Part shown: positions 18,280 to 26,852 of the stretch, piece after piece
Layout: each line of letters begins with the position of its first letter
How positions within the stretch are numbered: the first letter of the stretch is position 1
Source of the DNA: an uncultured Gemmatimonadales bacterium
Lineage (GTDB): Bacteria > Gemmatimonadota > Gemmatimonadetes > Gemmatimonadales > GWC2-71-9
Length of the DNA: 41,671 nucleotides
Direction: 5' to 3'
Assembly (NCBI GenBank): GCA_965651715.1
Contig: CBFGTB010000003.1
Coordinates: 1 to 41,671, forward strand
Position numbers and translations under genes: made by a program
Notes under the pieces: generated by a model
Told to the model about the DNA's origin: nothing
What the model saw: only the letters and a program-made list of their open reading frames with translations
Database searches by the model: none

Positions 18280-18301
18280 CGGGTACGATTGCGGGTACGA
18301 T
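18280..18301. repeat. Tandem 10-bp direct repeat CGGGTACGAT (18280-18289, 18292-18301)
   Basis: Two identical copies at 12-bp period, 49 bp downstream of tRNA-Thr. Confidence 0.55.
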
Positions 18302-18371
18302 GGCGCTCCCGCCGCGGCCCCGTCGCTCCCGTTCCGCGTGCCACCGCCGCTCCTCTCGCCAGGCAGGTTCC

Positions 18372-19892
18372 ATGTTCCGTGCTCTCATGTCATCAGCTTT
18401 GCTGTTGGCTCCTTTGCTGCCCCTCACGGCGCAACAGGCTCATCCCCGCGACAGCTCCCGCACCGCCGAGTCTCCGACCCGGATCCACCGGACCAGTCAT
18501 CACACCGCCACCATTGGTGGCCAATCGGTCAGCTACGACGCCACGGTCGGCAATATCGTGCTGCGCAATCGCGATGACGAACCGATCGGCGAGCTGATCT
18601 ATACCGCCTATACCCGGACCGATGCCGGCGCCCCGGCCGATCGACCGCTGATTTTCGCCTACAACGGCGGCCCCGGATCGTCGTCGATCTGGGTGCATAT
18701 GGGGCTGCTGGGCCCGCGCCGGGTGGATACTCCCGACGCTGAGCATGCTCCGCCGCCGCCGTATCACCTCGTCGACAATGAGTCGAGCATGCTCGACGTG
18801 GCCGACCTGGTGTTCATCGATCCGATCGGGACCGGCTATTCCAAGCCGATCGGCAAGGGCAAGGGCAGTGATTTCTGGGGCGTGGATCAGGATGCCTCGA
18901 CACTGGCGCAGTTCATCAGCCGCTACCTCAGCGAGAGCGGGCGCTGGAACTCGCCCCGCTACCTGATCGGCGAGAGCTATGGCACCACCCGATCGGCGGT
19001 ACTGGCCAACACTCTGGCCAACCGCTACAGCATTGATCTCAACGGTGTGGTGCTGCTGTCGGCGGTGCTCGATTTCCAGACCATTACGTTCAACGCCGGC
19101 AACGACATGCCTTTTGTGATGTATTTGCCGACCTACGCCGCTGTGGCGTGGTATCACAAGGCACTGCCCAATCGTCCGGCGGAGTTGCGGCCGTTCCTGA
19201 CCGAAGTCGAACAGTTCGCAACCCATGAATACGCCACGGCTCTACTGGCCGGCAGCACGCTGGCTCCGGCCGAACGGGACCGGATTCTTGATCGATTGGT
19301 GCAGTATACCGGCCTCGACCGCGACTATCTCGACAAGGCCGATCTGCGGGTGACGGCGAGTCAGTTCGGCAAGGAGTTGCTGCGCGAACATGCCGAGGTT
19401 GTGGGCCGGCTCGATGCCCGTTTCGTGGGCGAATCGGGGGATCTGTTGGCCGAGAACAGCGGCTATGACCCCCAGTCGAGCGCGCTCAGTTCACCCTACG
19501 TGTCGCTGTTCAATCAATACATGCACCAGGACCTGGGCTTCGGGACTGACCGTCTCTATGCGGTGAGCGGCAGCGTCAATCCGTGGAACTGGTCGCATGG
19601 TCGGGGCGGCGGGTGGCCGGGGCACACCAATGTGGCGCCCGACCTGGCCGAGGTGCTGAGCACCAATCCCGGGCTCCATGTCCAGTTGCACAGTGGCTTC
19701 TTCGATCTGGCCACGCCGTACTTCGCAGCCGAGTGGACCATGGACCATCTGGGCGTGCGCCCGCCGGTGCGCGAGCGGATCGAAGAGATCGAGTACGAAT
19801 CGGGCCACATGGCCTATGTCCATCCCGCCTCGCTCGCCAAGTGGAAGGCGAGCGTGGCGGCATTTATCGCTCGGACCTCAGCCGGGCACTGA
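18372..19892 (+). CDS. Secreted S10 serine carboxypeptidase
   Basis: Signal peptide, NGGPGSSS, FIDPIGTGYS, GESYG nucleophile, DLATP, SGHMAY. Confidence 0.92.
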   Translation: MFRALMSSALLLAPLLPLTAQQAHPRDSSRTAESPTRIHRTSHHTATIGGQSVSYDATVGNIVLRNRDDEPIGELIYTAYTRTDAGAPADRPLIFAYNGGPGSSSIWVHMGLLGPRRVDTPDAEHAPPPPYHLVDNESSMLDVADLVFIDPIGTGYSKPIGKGKGSDFWGVDQDASTLAQFISRYLSESGRWNSPRYLIGESYGTTRSAVLANTLANRYSIDLNGVVLLSAVLDFQTITFNAGNDMPFVMYLPTYAAVAWYHKALPNRPAELRPFLTEVEQFATHEYATALLAGSTLAPAERDRILDRLVQYTGLDRDYLDKADLRVTASQFGKELLREHAEVVGRLDARFVGESGDLLAENSGYDPQSSALSSPYVSLFNQYMHQDLGFGTDRLYAVSGSVNPWNWSHGRGGGWPGHTNVAPDLAEVLSTNPGLHVQLHSGFFDLATPYFAAEWTMDHLGVRPPVRERIEEIEYESGHMAYVHPASLAKWKASVAAFIARTSAGH

Positions 19893-20552
19893 GTCGCGCT
19901 GGGGTGGAGCGACCACCCGGCGGCTGAAGGTCGAGGCATGAGCCAGGGCGGCGCGGGAGATGGTATGGCCCGCGCCCTGGTCGACGAAGCTGGTCAGATC
20001 AGCGCCGGCCGCTGTGAGGGCCTGCCAGCCCGCCTCGGCCGTCGCGAACGGGATCGCCCCGTCGAGCGTGCCGTGGCCCCACCAGATCGGCGTGGCGCCC
20101 ACCTGGACCGGGTCCAGCGCCACGTCGGGATGGTCGGCCAGGAAGCCGCTGAAGACCAGAATGCCGCGGGCCTCGCCGGGATGGCTGAGTCCCCAGGCCA
20201 GCGCCGAAGTGCCGCCCTGGGAGAAGCCGCCGACGACGAGCGGCGTGTCGGGCCGGCCCAGGTGCCCCGGCAGCCAGGAAATGAACTCGGCGAGCTGCCG
20301 CTGCCCGTCGCGGAACGACGTCGGCTCCGGGGTGGTGCCCTGGAGATAGCGATACCAGGCATAGCCGCCGCCGTAGCCCCAGGCGGCGCCGGGGAAGGGG
20401 GCGCGCACCGACACCGTCGTCGCACCGGGAATCAGCAGACCGCCCACTGAGGCGAGGTCGCCTTCGTCGGCGCCTCGTCCGTGCAGCAGAACAACAAGTG
20501 GGCCGTCGGAGTGACCCTCGGTCATCCGGTAGGTGAGTGGCGCAGTCGACAT
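19878..20552 (-). CDS. Phospholipase/carboxylesterase (alpha/beta hydrolase)
   Basis: LLHGRG, GFSQG, HGTLDGAI, GHTI; start 20552 (alt. 20564). Confidence 0.88.
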   Translation of the reverse strand: MSTAPLTYRMTEGHSDGPLVVLLHGRGADEGDLASVGGLLIPGATTVSVRAPFPGAAWGYGGGYAWYRYLQGTTPEPTSFRDGQRQLAEFISWLPGHLGRPDTPLVVGGFSQGGTSALAWGLSHPGEARGILVFSGFLADHPDVALDPVQVGATPIWWGHGTLDGAIPFATAEAGWQALTAAGADLTSFVDQGAGHTISRAALAHASTFSRRVVAPPQRDSVPG

Positions 20553-20578
20553 CTCAATCCTCATGGAGGGCGATGGTG

Positions 20579-20607
20579 TTGCCGGTCTTCGCGGTCCCGG
20601 CTACCTT
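20579..20607 (+). promoter_or_regulatory. sigma70-type promoter for tRNA-Pro
   Basis: TTGCCG (20579-20584), 17-nt spacer, TACCTT (20602-20607). Confidence 0.65.
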
Positions 20608-20624
20608 CGTCTCGCGATAGTATT

Positions 20625-20698
20625 CGGGGCGTGGCGCAGCCTGGTAGCGCACCTGCTTGGGGTGCAGGGGGTCGTGGGTTCAAATCCCGCCGTCCCGA
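20625..20698 (+). tRNA. trnP: tRNA-Pro(GGG)
   Basis: Acceptor CGGGGCG/CGTCCCG, anticodon arm CCTGC-TT-GGG-GT-GCAGG, T-loop TTCAAAT. Confidence 0.95.
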
Positions 20699-20706
20699 TA
20701 ACATAG

Positions 20707-20745
20707 CAACAGCCCCGTCGATCCCGAGGATCGGCGGGGCTGTTG
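20707..20745. terminator. Hairpin, probably bidirectional terminator between tRNA-Pro and convergent kinase gene
   Basis: CAACAGCCCCGTCGATCC-CGA-GGATCGGCGGGGCTGTTG, 18-bp stem with one G-U. Confidence 0.75.
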
Positions 20746-20763
20746 TGCGTCACATCGCGCCGA

Positions 20764-22902
20764 TCAGCCGCCGCGCTTCTTCAGTTCATTGATGGCATCG
20801 GCCTGCCCCAACTGGGCCGCGCGGCGCAGCAACGTCATTCCGGCGGCGGTGTCCTGGGGGACTCCGTCACCCGCGAGCAGCATCCGGGCAGCGGCCCAGG
20901 CACCGGCGCCCGAGCCGGCACGGGCCGCCTGGCTGTACCAATCGAGCGCCGCGGCGTCACTGCGCTCGACCCCGCGCCCGCGATGGGACCAGTCGGCCAG
21001 CTTGAGCATGGCGCTCACCGAGCCGCCTGTGGCGGCACGCTTGTACCATTGGGCCGCTTCGTCAAAATCCCGATCCATGCCGGCACCGGTCTCGAGGCGG
21101 GCGGCAAGGGTCAGCATCGCCTGGCGATGGCCCGCCTGGGCCGCACCGCGGAGGTTGCTGATGTTGGCCCGCCCGTCGCGGGTCGTGCCGCGTCCAATCT
21201 CGTACATTCGCGCCAGGCGGAACTGGGCCTCGGCGTCGCGAGGGGCGGCACGCTGGTAGAGTGCGAAGGCGCGGGCCGGATCGGCCGTCACACCCTTGCC
21301 CTCATCGTAGAGCGACGCCAGGATCCGGGTGGCGACCGGATCGCCCTGATCAGACGCGGTGGTGCAACTGGTCACCGCCCCGCGCCACTCGCCGCTGGAG
21401 GCCAGATCGGCGCAGTCGGGAGTGGTCGAGTCGCTGGCGGCCGATGTCGACGCCGCAGCCGGTCGGCGCGTCTGGCGATCGGGGGCGGGAGATGTACGTC
21501 GCGTCGGCGCTGCCGCACCGGTTGACCGGCTCCCGACTGTGGCCGGTGCCGGTGGCGGCGGTACTGCGACCTGGCTGAGCGAATCGCCGAGCGAATCGGC
21601 TCCGCCGAACAACGAGGTCGGCGTAAAGGCGTTGACGCCAGTCCCGCCGCCACCCAGGCGCATCGTCCCGACTGCAATGGCCACCACGCCCACGCCGCAG
21701 AGCAGCACCAGGGCGCCGCGGGTCCGCTTGGAGAGACCGGCTGCCGCTCCCCGTTGCCGCGGCGCTCCCGCGGCTGCCGGCGCCGCCTTGCTCGGCGGTA
21801 CCGGCTTGGGGCTGGGCTTGGCCTTGGGTTTGGCTTTGGTCTTGGTCTGGGGCTTGGTCGGCAGAGCGGGCGACACACTCGTCGTTGCGGCGGCACCGAG
21901 CGCCGCGGCGAACTCGGCCATCGAGTCGAACCTGTCGCGCGGCTCCTTGGCCATCGCGCGGCTGATGGTTGCGGCGATGGCGGGCGGCAGGCCGGCGACC
22001 CGTTCGCTGATCGGGGTGGGTTCGGCCACGAGTTGCTGGTACAGCACGGCACGGGTTGAATCGCCTTCGAACGGCAGCGTGCCGGCCAGCATGCGATATC
22101 CGACCACCGCAAGCGAGTACTGATCGGTGCGGGCGTCGATGGTCTTGTCGCCGCAGGCCTGCTCCGGACTCATGTACTGCGGCGTGCCGACAATGATACC
22201 GGTCGAGGTCAGCGTCGGTGCCACGCCCTCGCTGGTGGCGGGAGTGTCCTCCTCGCCGCCGACCGCCTTGGCGATACCGAAGTCCATCAACAGCGCCCGC
22301 TGCTCCCGTCCTTCGAGCATGATGTTTTCGGGCTTGATGTCGCGGTGAATCACCCCGGCATCGTGGGCGGCACCGAGCCCATGCGCGGCCTCGGTCAGAA
22401 TCCGCCGCACCATATCGGGATCCATCGGACCGCTGCGTTCCATCACCGCCCGCAACGATTCACCGGCAATGAACGGCATCAGAATGAAGGCGATGCCCTC
22501 GCCCTCACCGATGTCGTAAATCGGGACGATATGGGGATGGCGCAGTGCCGCCACCACCTCGGCTTCGCGGCGGAAGCGATCCAGCATCCCCGGAGTGAGC
22601 CCCAGATCGGGGCGGAGCACCTTGACGGCGACGCTGCGCTTGAGTCGCAGGTCCTGCGCCTTGAACACCTCGGCGAACCCGCCCGCCCCGATCCGCTCGC
22701 CCAGCTCATAGCCGGGCCCGAGGATGCGCTGAACCCGATGCCGCAGGTCGATGGTCGTCACCCCGCTCGGCGTCACGGCAACCCGCATGCCGGTGGCCAT
22801 GTCGATCCCGGTCGGTGTGGCAGTTCCGCAGACATAACAGAACGAGGCCACGCCGGGGAGCGGCGTGTGGCAACTGGGACAGGTTCGGGTCGGGTGACTC
22901 AT
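20764..22902 (-). CDS. Hanks-type Ser/Thr protein kinase with N-terminal zinc ribbon, TM helix and C-terminal Sel1-like repeats
   Basis: CPSC...CYVC, GAGGFAEV, VAVK, HRDIKPEN, DFG, GTPQYMSPE, TM (ALVLLCGVGVVAIAV), repeats such as AQFRLARMYEIGRG / AAQWYKRAA. Confidence 0.92.
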   Translation of the reverse strand: MSHPTRTCPSCHTPLPGVASFCYVCGTATPTGIDMATGMRVAVTPSGVTTIDLRHRVQRILGPGYELGERIGAGGFAEVFKAQDLRLKRSVAVKVLRPDLGLTPGMLDRFRREAEVVAALRHPHIVPIYDIGEGEGIAFILMPFIAGESLRAVMERSGPMDPDMVRRILTEAAHGLGAAHDAGVIHRDIKPENIMLEGREQRALLMDFGIAKAVGGEEDTPATSEGVAPTLTSTGIIVGTPQYMSPEQACGDKTIDARTDQYSLAVVGYRMLAGTLPFEGDSTRAVLYQQLVAEPTPISERVAGLPPAIAATISRAMAKEPRDRFDSMAEFAAALGAAATTSVSPALPTKPQTKTKAKPKAKPSPKPVPPSKAAPAAAGAPRQRGAAAGLSKRTRGALVLLCGVGVVAIAVGTMRLGGGGTGVNAFTPTSLFGGADSLGDSLSQVAVPPPPAPATVGSRSTGAAAPTRRTSPAPDRQTRRPAAASTSAASDSTTPDCADLASSGEWRGAVTSCTTASDQGDPVATRILASLYDEGKGVTADPARAFALYQRAAPRDAEAQFRLARMYEIGRGTTRDGRANISNLRGAAQAGHRQAMLTLAARLETGAGMDRDFDEAAQWYKRAATGGSVSAMLKLADWSHRGRGVERSDAAALDWYSQAARAGSGAGAWAAARMLLAGDGVPQDTAAGMTLLRRAAQLGQADAINELKKRGG

Positions 22903-22981
22903 TGACGTCGCCGTGAACGGGACATAGCCAGAGAAGTCTAGCGCGAAAGGGGGTAAGGGCAAGCGCCCCCGGCGGGCCGCC

Positions 22982-24265
22982 TCAGGCCGGGTCGAGCCGC
23001 CGGGCCCCGGCCGCGGCAGGGCTGATGAAGAACTCGGCGCGGCTGGTGCGCTCGGCGTAGCGCTGCTGGTAGCCCGCCTGCCAGGCCTCCCGAAACGCCT
23101 CCGCCGCAGACCGGGTGACGACGGCATACACACTGCCGCCGAAGCCGGCCCCGAAGGCGCTTGCCGCCATCGCCCCCAGCTCGCGTGCACTGCGTGCCAG
23201 AAAGATGGTTTCGGCGACCTGATTGTGGAGCACGGTTTCGGCCAGGTGCTCCGAACGATCAACCATCAGTCCCAGTCGGGTCGCGTCCCGCTGTGCCAGG
23301 GCAGTGAACACACTCGGGATGATGACCCGGGTCTCCTCGTGAAACTGGTGCAGCCGGGCGATCAGATGGCTGCCGCCGGATTCGCTGGCCAGGTGATGTT
23401 CGAGGCGATCGAGTACATCGTCGGCGCCGTCGAGTGCGTCGAGCAGCGACGTGACGGGATTGTCGCCATGCCGGTTCCAGCAGGAGATGATCCGTGCCAT
23501 ATCGCTGGAGAGATCGTTGTACCGCGCCTTCGCCCCGGCGGTCTTGGGGGCGCTGACCCCGGAGGTGGCGATGACGAAGCACCAGTCGGACGGCATGGCC
23601 ACGTCGCCTTCGCAGCCGACCGGGAGGAAGCGGTACTGCGCGATGCGATCGGCCCGACTGGCGAGGATGGCGGTGTGGTCCTGGCTGCCCCCCAGGGTGC
23701 CCACGCCGAAGTCAGCGGCGAAGGGACCGAAGGCGAGGCCGTTCTCGATCGCGCCGAGATAGCCGGGCAGGGCGCCTGGCGCTGTGAGATGGTCCTGCCA
23801 GGACGCCCGGCGGGCCAGGTCGTTGAAGTGCGCCAGCGGCAGGAAGGTGGCGATCACCACGGCGCTCGATGACGACAGGCCCGCCGCCGAAGGCAGCGAG
23901 GAGGCCAACACCGCATCCATACCGCACAGCCGGCCGCCGAAGTCGCGGCTCAACCGTCGCAGTACCGAGATGGGATAATCGGTCCAGCGCCCCGGTGTCG
24001 CGGCGAGATGCGGGTCCAGTGCTGTCGACAACGTCAGTCGGGACCGCGCGTCGGTGAGGTGAACCAGGTTGTCGTCACGGGGGCGGGCGATGATGTGAAT
24101 CCCGCGATCGACAGCGGCCAGGAGCGACCGTCCGCCGCCGTAATCGACGTGTTTGCCCAGCATTTCAATCCGGCCGGGCACCCACCATTCGATGGCAGTT
24201 GCCGCGTCGCCGAAGCGGGAGGCGAAGTGGTGCCGGGCGCGGTCGCGCGGCGATGGTCGGGTCAC
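22982..24265 (-). CDS. GHMP-family galactokinase-like anomeric sugar kinase (atypical motif I)
   Basis: PGRIEMLGKHVDY, LPSAAGLSSSSA, GSQDH, GAGFGG; GTGA overlap with upstream gene. Confidence 0.85.
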   Translation of the reverse strand: MTRPSPRDRARHHFASRFGDAATAIEWWVPGRIEMLGKHVDYGGGRSLLAAVDRGIHIIARPRDDNLVHLTDARSRLTLSTALDPHLAATPGRWTDYPISVLRRLSRDFGGRLCGMDAVLASSLPSAAGLSSSSAVVIATFLPLAHFNDLARRASWQDHLTAPGALPGYLGAIENGLAFGPFAADFGVGTLGGSQDHTAILASRADRIAQYRFLPVGCEGDVAMPSDWCFVIATSGVSAPKTAGAKARYNDLSSDMARIISCWNRHGDNPVTSLLDALDGADDVLDRLEHHLASESGGSHLIARLHQFHEETRVIIPSVFTALAQRDATRLGLMVDRSEHLAETVLHNQVAETIFLARSARELGAMAASAFGAGFGGSVYAVVTRSAAEAFREAWQAGYQQRYAERTSRAEFFISPAAAGARRLDPA

Positions 24266-25083
24266 AGGGCGAGACGGCGGCGCCCGAGCCGGGCCGCGAC
24301 GGGGGCCACATCGGCCCGATGGGAGAGGTCGAGCACCGGTGCGTCGATCGGAACCACCCGGAGCCGCAATCCCTTATCCAGCGCGTGGGCGACAGCCTCC
24401 GGCAGCTCATACTCTCCCCGGGACGACAGTGGCACCCGACGGCAGGCGGCGAGGAGTTTGGCGTCGCCGCGCCAGAGATTCATGCTGATCAGCACCTCGG
24501 GTTGGGCGGCGAGACGCGCCGGATGCGGCTTCTCGACCAGCGAGCGGAGATAACCGTCAGGCCCGACCTCAAGCAGCGCGAAGGCCGCGAGTCGCGATGC
24601 GGGAATGGTCTCGCCCTCAAGCAGTCCCGCGCGGGTGAAGCCCGCCACGCCGGGCTCATCCAAACCGATCAGGGCCTCGAGTGCCGCGGCGGGATAGAGG
24701 TTGTCGCCATTGAGGATCAGGAAGGGCTCATCGGCCAGTGCGGCCGCCGCGCTGACGACGGCATCGGCTGTACCGCGCGGCTCGGCCTGCACGACGTAGT
24801 CGAGTCGCAGTCGGCTCGGCTGATGATCCTGATAGTAGTGACGAATGATGGCGTGATCGGGCGGTACGACGAGGACCACCCGTTCGATGCCGACGTCGGC
24901 CAGTCCGGCGAGGATATGGCTCAGGAAGGGCCGACCCGCGGCATCGGGCACCATCGTCTTGAGTCCGCGCGCGGCGCGATCGGCCTGCACCGACGTCAGT
25001 CTGGCGGTCGGGTCGGCGCGTTGCATCCGACTGCCGCGTCCGCCGGCCAGCAGCAGCGCGGTAGTGAGCGGAATGGGCCTCAT
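24262..25083 (-). CDS. Sugar-1-phosphate nucleotidyltransferase (RmlA/GalU-like NTP_transferase)
   Basis: LLAGGRGSRM, QAEPRGTADAV, NGDNLY, VEKP, SRGEYEL; ATG 25083 overlaps symporter stop. Confidence 0.88.
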   Translation of the reverse strand: MRPIPLTTALLLAGGRGSRMQRADPTARLTSVQADRAARGLKTMVPDAAGRPFLSHILAGLADVGIERVVLVVPPDHAIIRHYYQDHQPSRLRLDYVVQAEPRGTADAVVSAAAALADEPFLILNGDNLYPAAALEALIGLDEPGVAGFTRAGLLEGETIPASRLAAFALLEVGPDGYLRSLVEKPHPARLAAQPEVLISMNLWRGDAKLLAACRRVPLSSRGEYELPEAVAHALDKGLRLRVVPIDAPVLDLSHRADVAPVAARLGRRRLAL

Positions 25084-26852
25084 GTCTCCGGAGCGGCCTG
25101 CCAGAGCCTCGGAATCAACCGGATCAGCCACCAACTCGCGCCGATGGTCACCACGGTCCAGAACAGCGCCGGCCCGGTGTGGCCGTACAGCCACGATCCC
25201 GACCCGAACAGTGCGCCGTACACCGCCAAACAGCCGAGGGTCCATCCCAGGAACGCCTGCGACAACGAGTCGGGCGACGGCCCCAGGCCGACTTCGTCGC
25301 GGATTGCGCGCCAGCCCGGTCCGGCCGGGCGTACCTGGCGATAGAACCGCACCAGCGTCTCGTGGGGCTCCGGCGGTGTCAGCAATGCGACAAGCACCCA
25401 GGCCGCCGTGGTAATCGCGACAGTGCTGAGCAGCACCACGTGCGAGGGGATGTCGTGCCCTTGCTTCTGGAGAACGAAGAACACCGTCGCGACAATGAAC
25501 GACACCGCCATCGCCGCGATTTCGCACCAGGCATTGATCCGCCACCAGAACCAGCGCAGCAGATACAGCAACCCCGTCCCGGCACCGATGGACAGCAGCA
25601 GTTGGAAGGCCTGACTGGCGGTGTCGAGGACGAACGTCAGTGCGCCCGCGACCACCATCAGCAGCACTGTGGTGAGTCGGCCCGCACTGACGTAGTGGGA
25701 CTCGGGAGCATCGGGCTTGACGAATCGGCGCCAGAAATCGTGGACCAGGTAGGAGGAGCCCCAGTTGAGGTGGGTCACGATCGTTGAGATGTAGGCGGCC
25801 AGCAGGCCGGCAATCATCACCCCCAGAAACCCGTGCGGCAGGAATTTCAGCATCGCGGGATAGGCCATATCGTGACCCACCAGCCGCGGGTCGACGTGGG
25901 GGAAGGCCACCTGGATCGACTCCAGCGTCGGGAACACCAGGATCGACGCCAGGGCCACCAGGATCCAGGGCCAGGAGCGCACCGCGTAGTGGGTGATATT
26001 GAAGAACAGCGTGCCGCCCAGGGCATCGCGTTCCGAGCGGGCCGCCAGCATGCGTTGGGCGATGTAGCTGCCGCCGCCCGGTTCGGCTCCGGGGTACCAG
26101 ACCGACCACCACTGAATGGTGAGCGGGATGATGAAGATCGACAGCGTCAGGCCCCAGTTGCCGAAGTCGGGCAGCAGCGCGATGGTGTCGGCCGGCAACC
26201 GCTCCACCAAGCCACTCAGGCCGCCGACCTCGGGCTGCTTGAGGGCGAACCATGCCGCGGCGACCGCGCCGGCCATCGCGATACCGAACTGGATCATATC
26301 GACAAGCATCACGCCCCACAGACCGGCCGTGGCGGCGAAGATGACATTGAGCACGGCACAGATGACCAGCGTCTGCATCATCGGCCAGCCGAGAACGACA
26401 TTGGCGATCTTGGCGGCGGCCAGATTGACTGTGGCCATGATGAAGCCGTTGAAGATCAGGCCGAGATACACCGCCCGGAATCCGCGGACCAGCGAGGCGG
26501 CGCGTCCGGTGTAGCGCAGCTCGTAGAACTCGAGATCGGTGAGCACACCGCTGCGACGCCACAGCCGCGCGAAGAAGAACACCGTGAGCATGCCGGTGAG
26601 CAGGAAGGCCCACCACTGCCAGTTGTTGGCGACCCCGCCGGTGCGCACCAGGTCGGTGACCAGGTTGGGTGTGTCGGTGCTGAAGGTCGTGGCGACCATC
26701 GAGACACCGATCAGCCACCACGGAGCCGCGCGACCGGAGGTGAAGAACTCGGTGGTGTTCTGACCGGCACGGCGCGCCATCCACAGCGCCGGGATGAAGC
26801 AGACCACGATCGAGGCCACGACGATGGTCCAATCCAGGGCGCTGGGGTTCAT
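25080..26852 (-). CDS. Sodium:solute symporter (SSS family)
   Basis: ~14 TM helices, EFFTSGRAAPWW, SMVATTFS, QRMLAARSE, AAYIST; ATG 26852 overlaps GH109 stop. Confidence 0.9.
   Translation of the reverse strand: MNPSALDWTIVVASIVVCFIPALWMARRAGQNTTEFFTSGRAAPWWLIGVSMVATTFSTDTPNLVTDLVRTGGVANNWQWWAFLLTGMLTVFFFARLWRRSGVLTDLEFYELRYTGRAASLVRGFRAVYLGLIFNGFIMATVNLAAAKIANVVLGWPMMQTLVICAVLNVIFAATAGLWGVMLVDMIQFGIAMAGAVAAAWFALKQPEVGGLSGLVERLPADTIALLPDFGNWGLTLSIFIIPLTIQWWSVWYPGAEPGGGSYIAQRMLAARSERDALGGTLFFNITHYAVRSWPWILVALASILVFPTLESIQVAFPHVDPRLVGHDMAYPAMLKFLPHGFLGVMIAGLLAAYISTIVTHLNWGSSYLVHDFWRRFVKPDAPESHYVSAGRLTTVLLMVVAGALTFVLDTASQAFQLLLSIGAGTGLLYLLRWFWWRINAWCEIAAMAVSFIVATVFFVLQKQGHDIPSHVVLLSTVAITTAAWVLVALLTPPEPHETLVRFYRQVRPAGPGWRAIRDEVGLGPSPDSLSQAFLGWTLGCLAVYGALFGSGSWLYGHTGPALFWTVVTIGASWWLIRLIPRLWQAAPET

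Noticed and set aside
21803-21858. Possible CRISPR or VNTR-like repeat
   Set aside because: Degenerate 6-bp periodicity simply encodes the Lys-X linker of the kinase; no repeat-spacer array seen anywhere in the window
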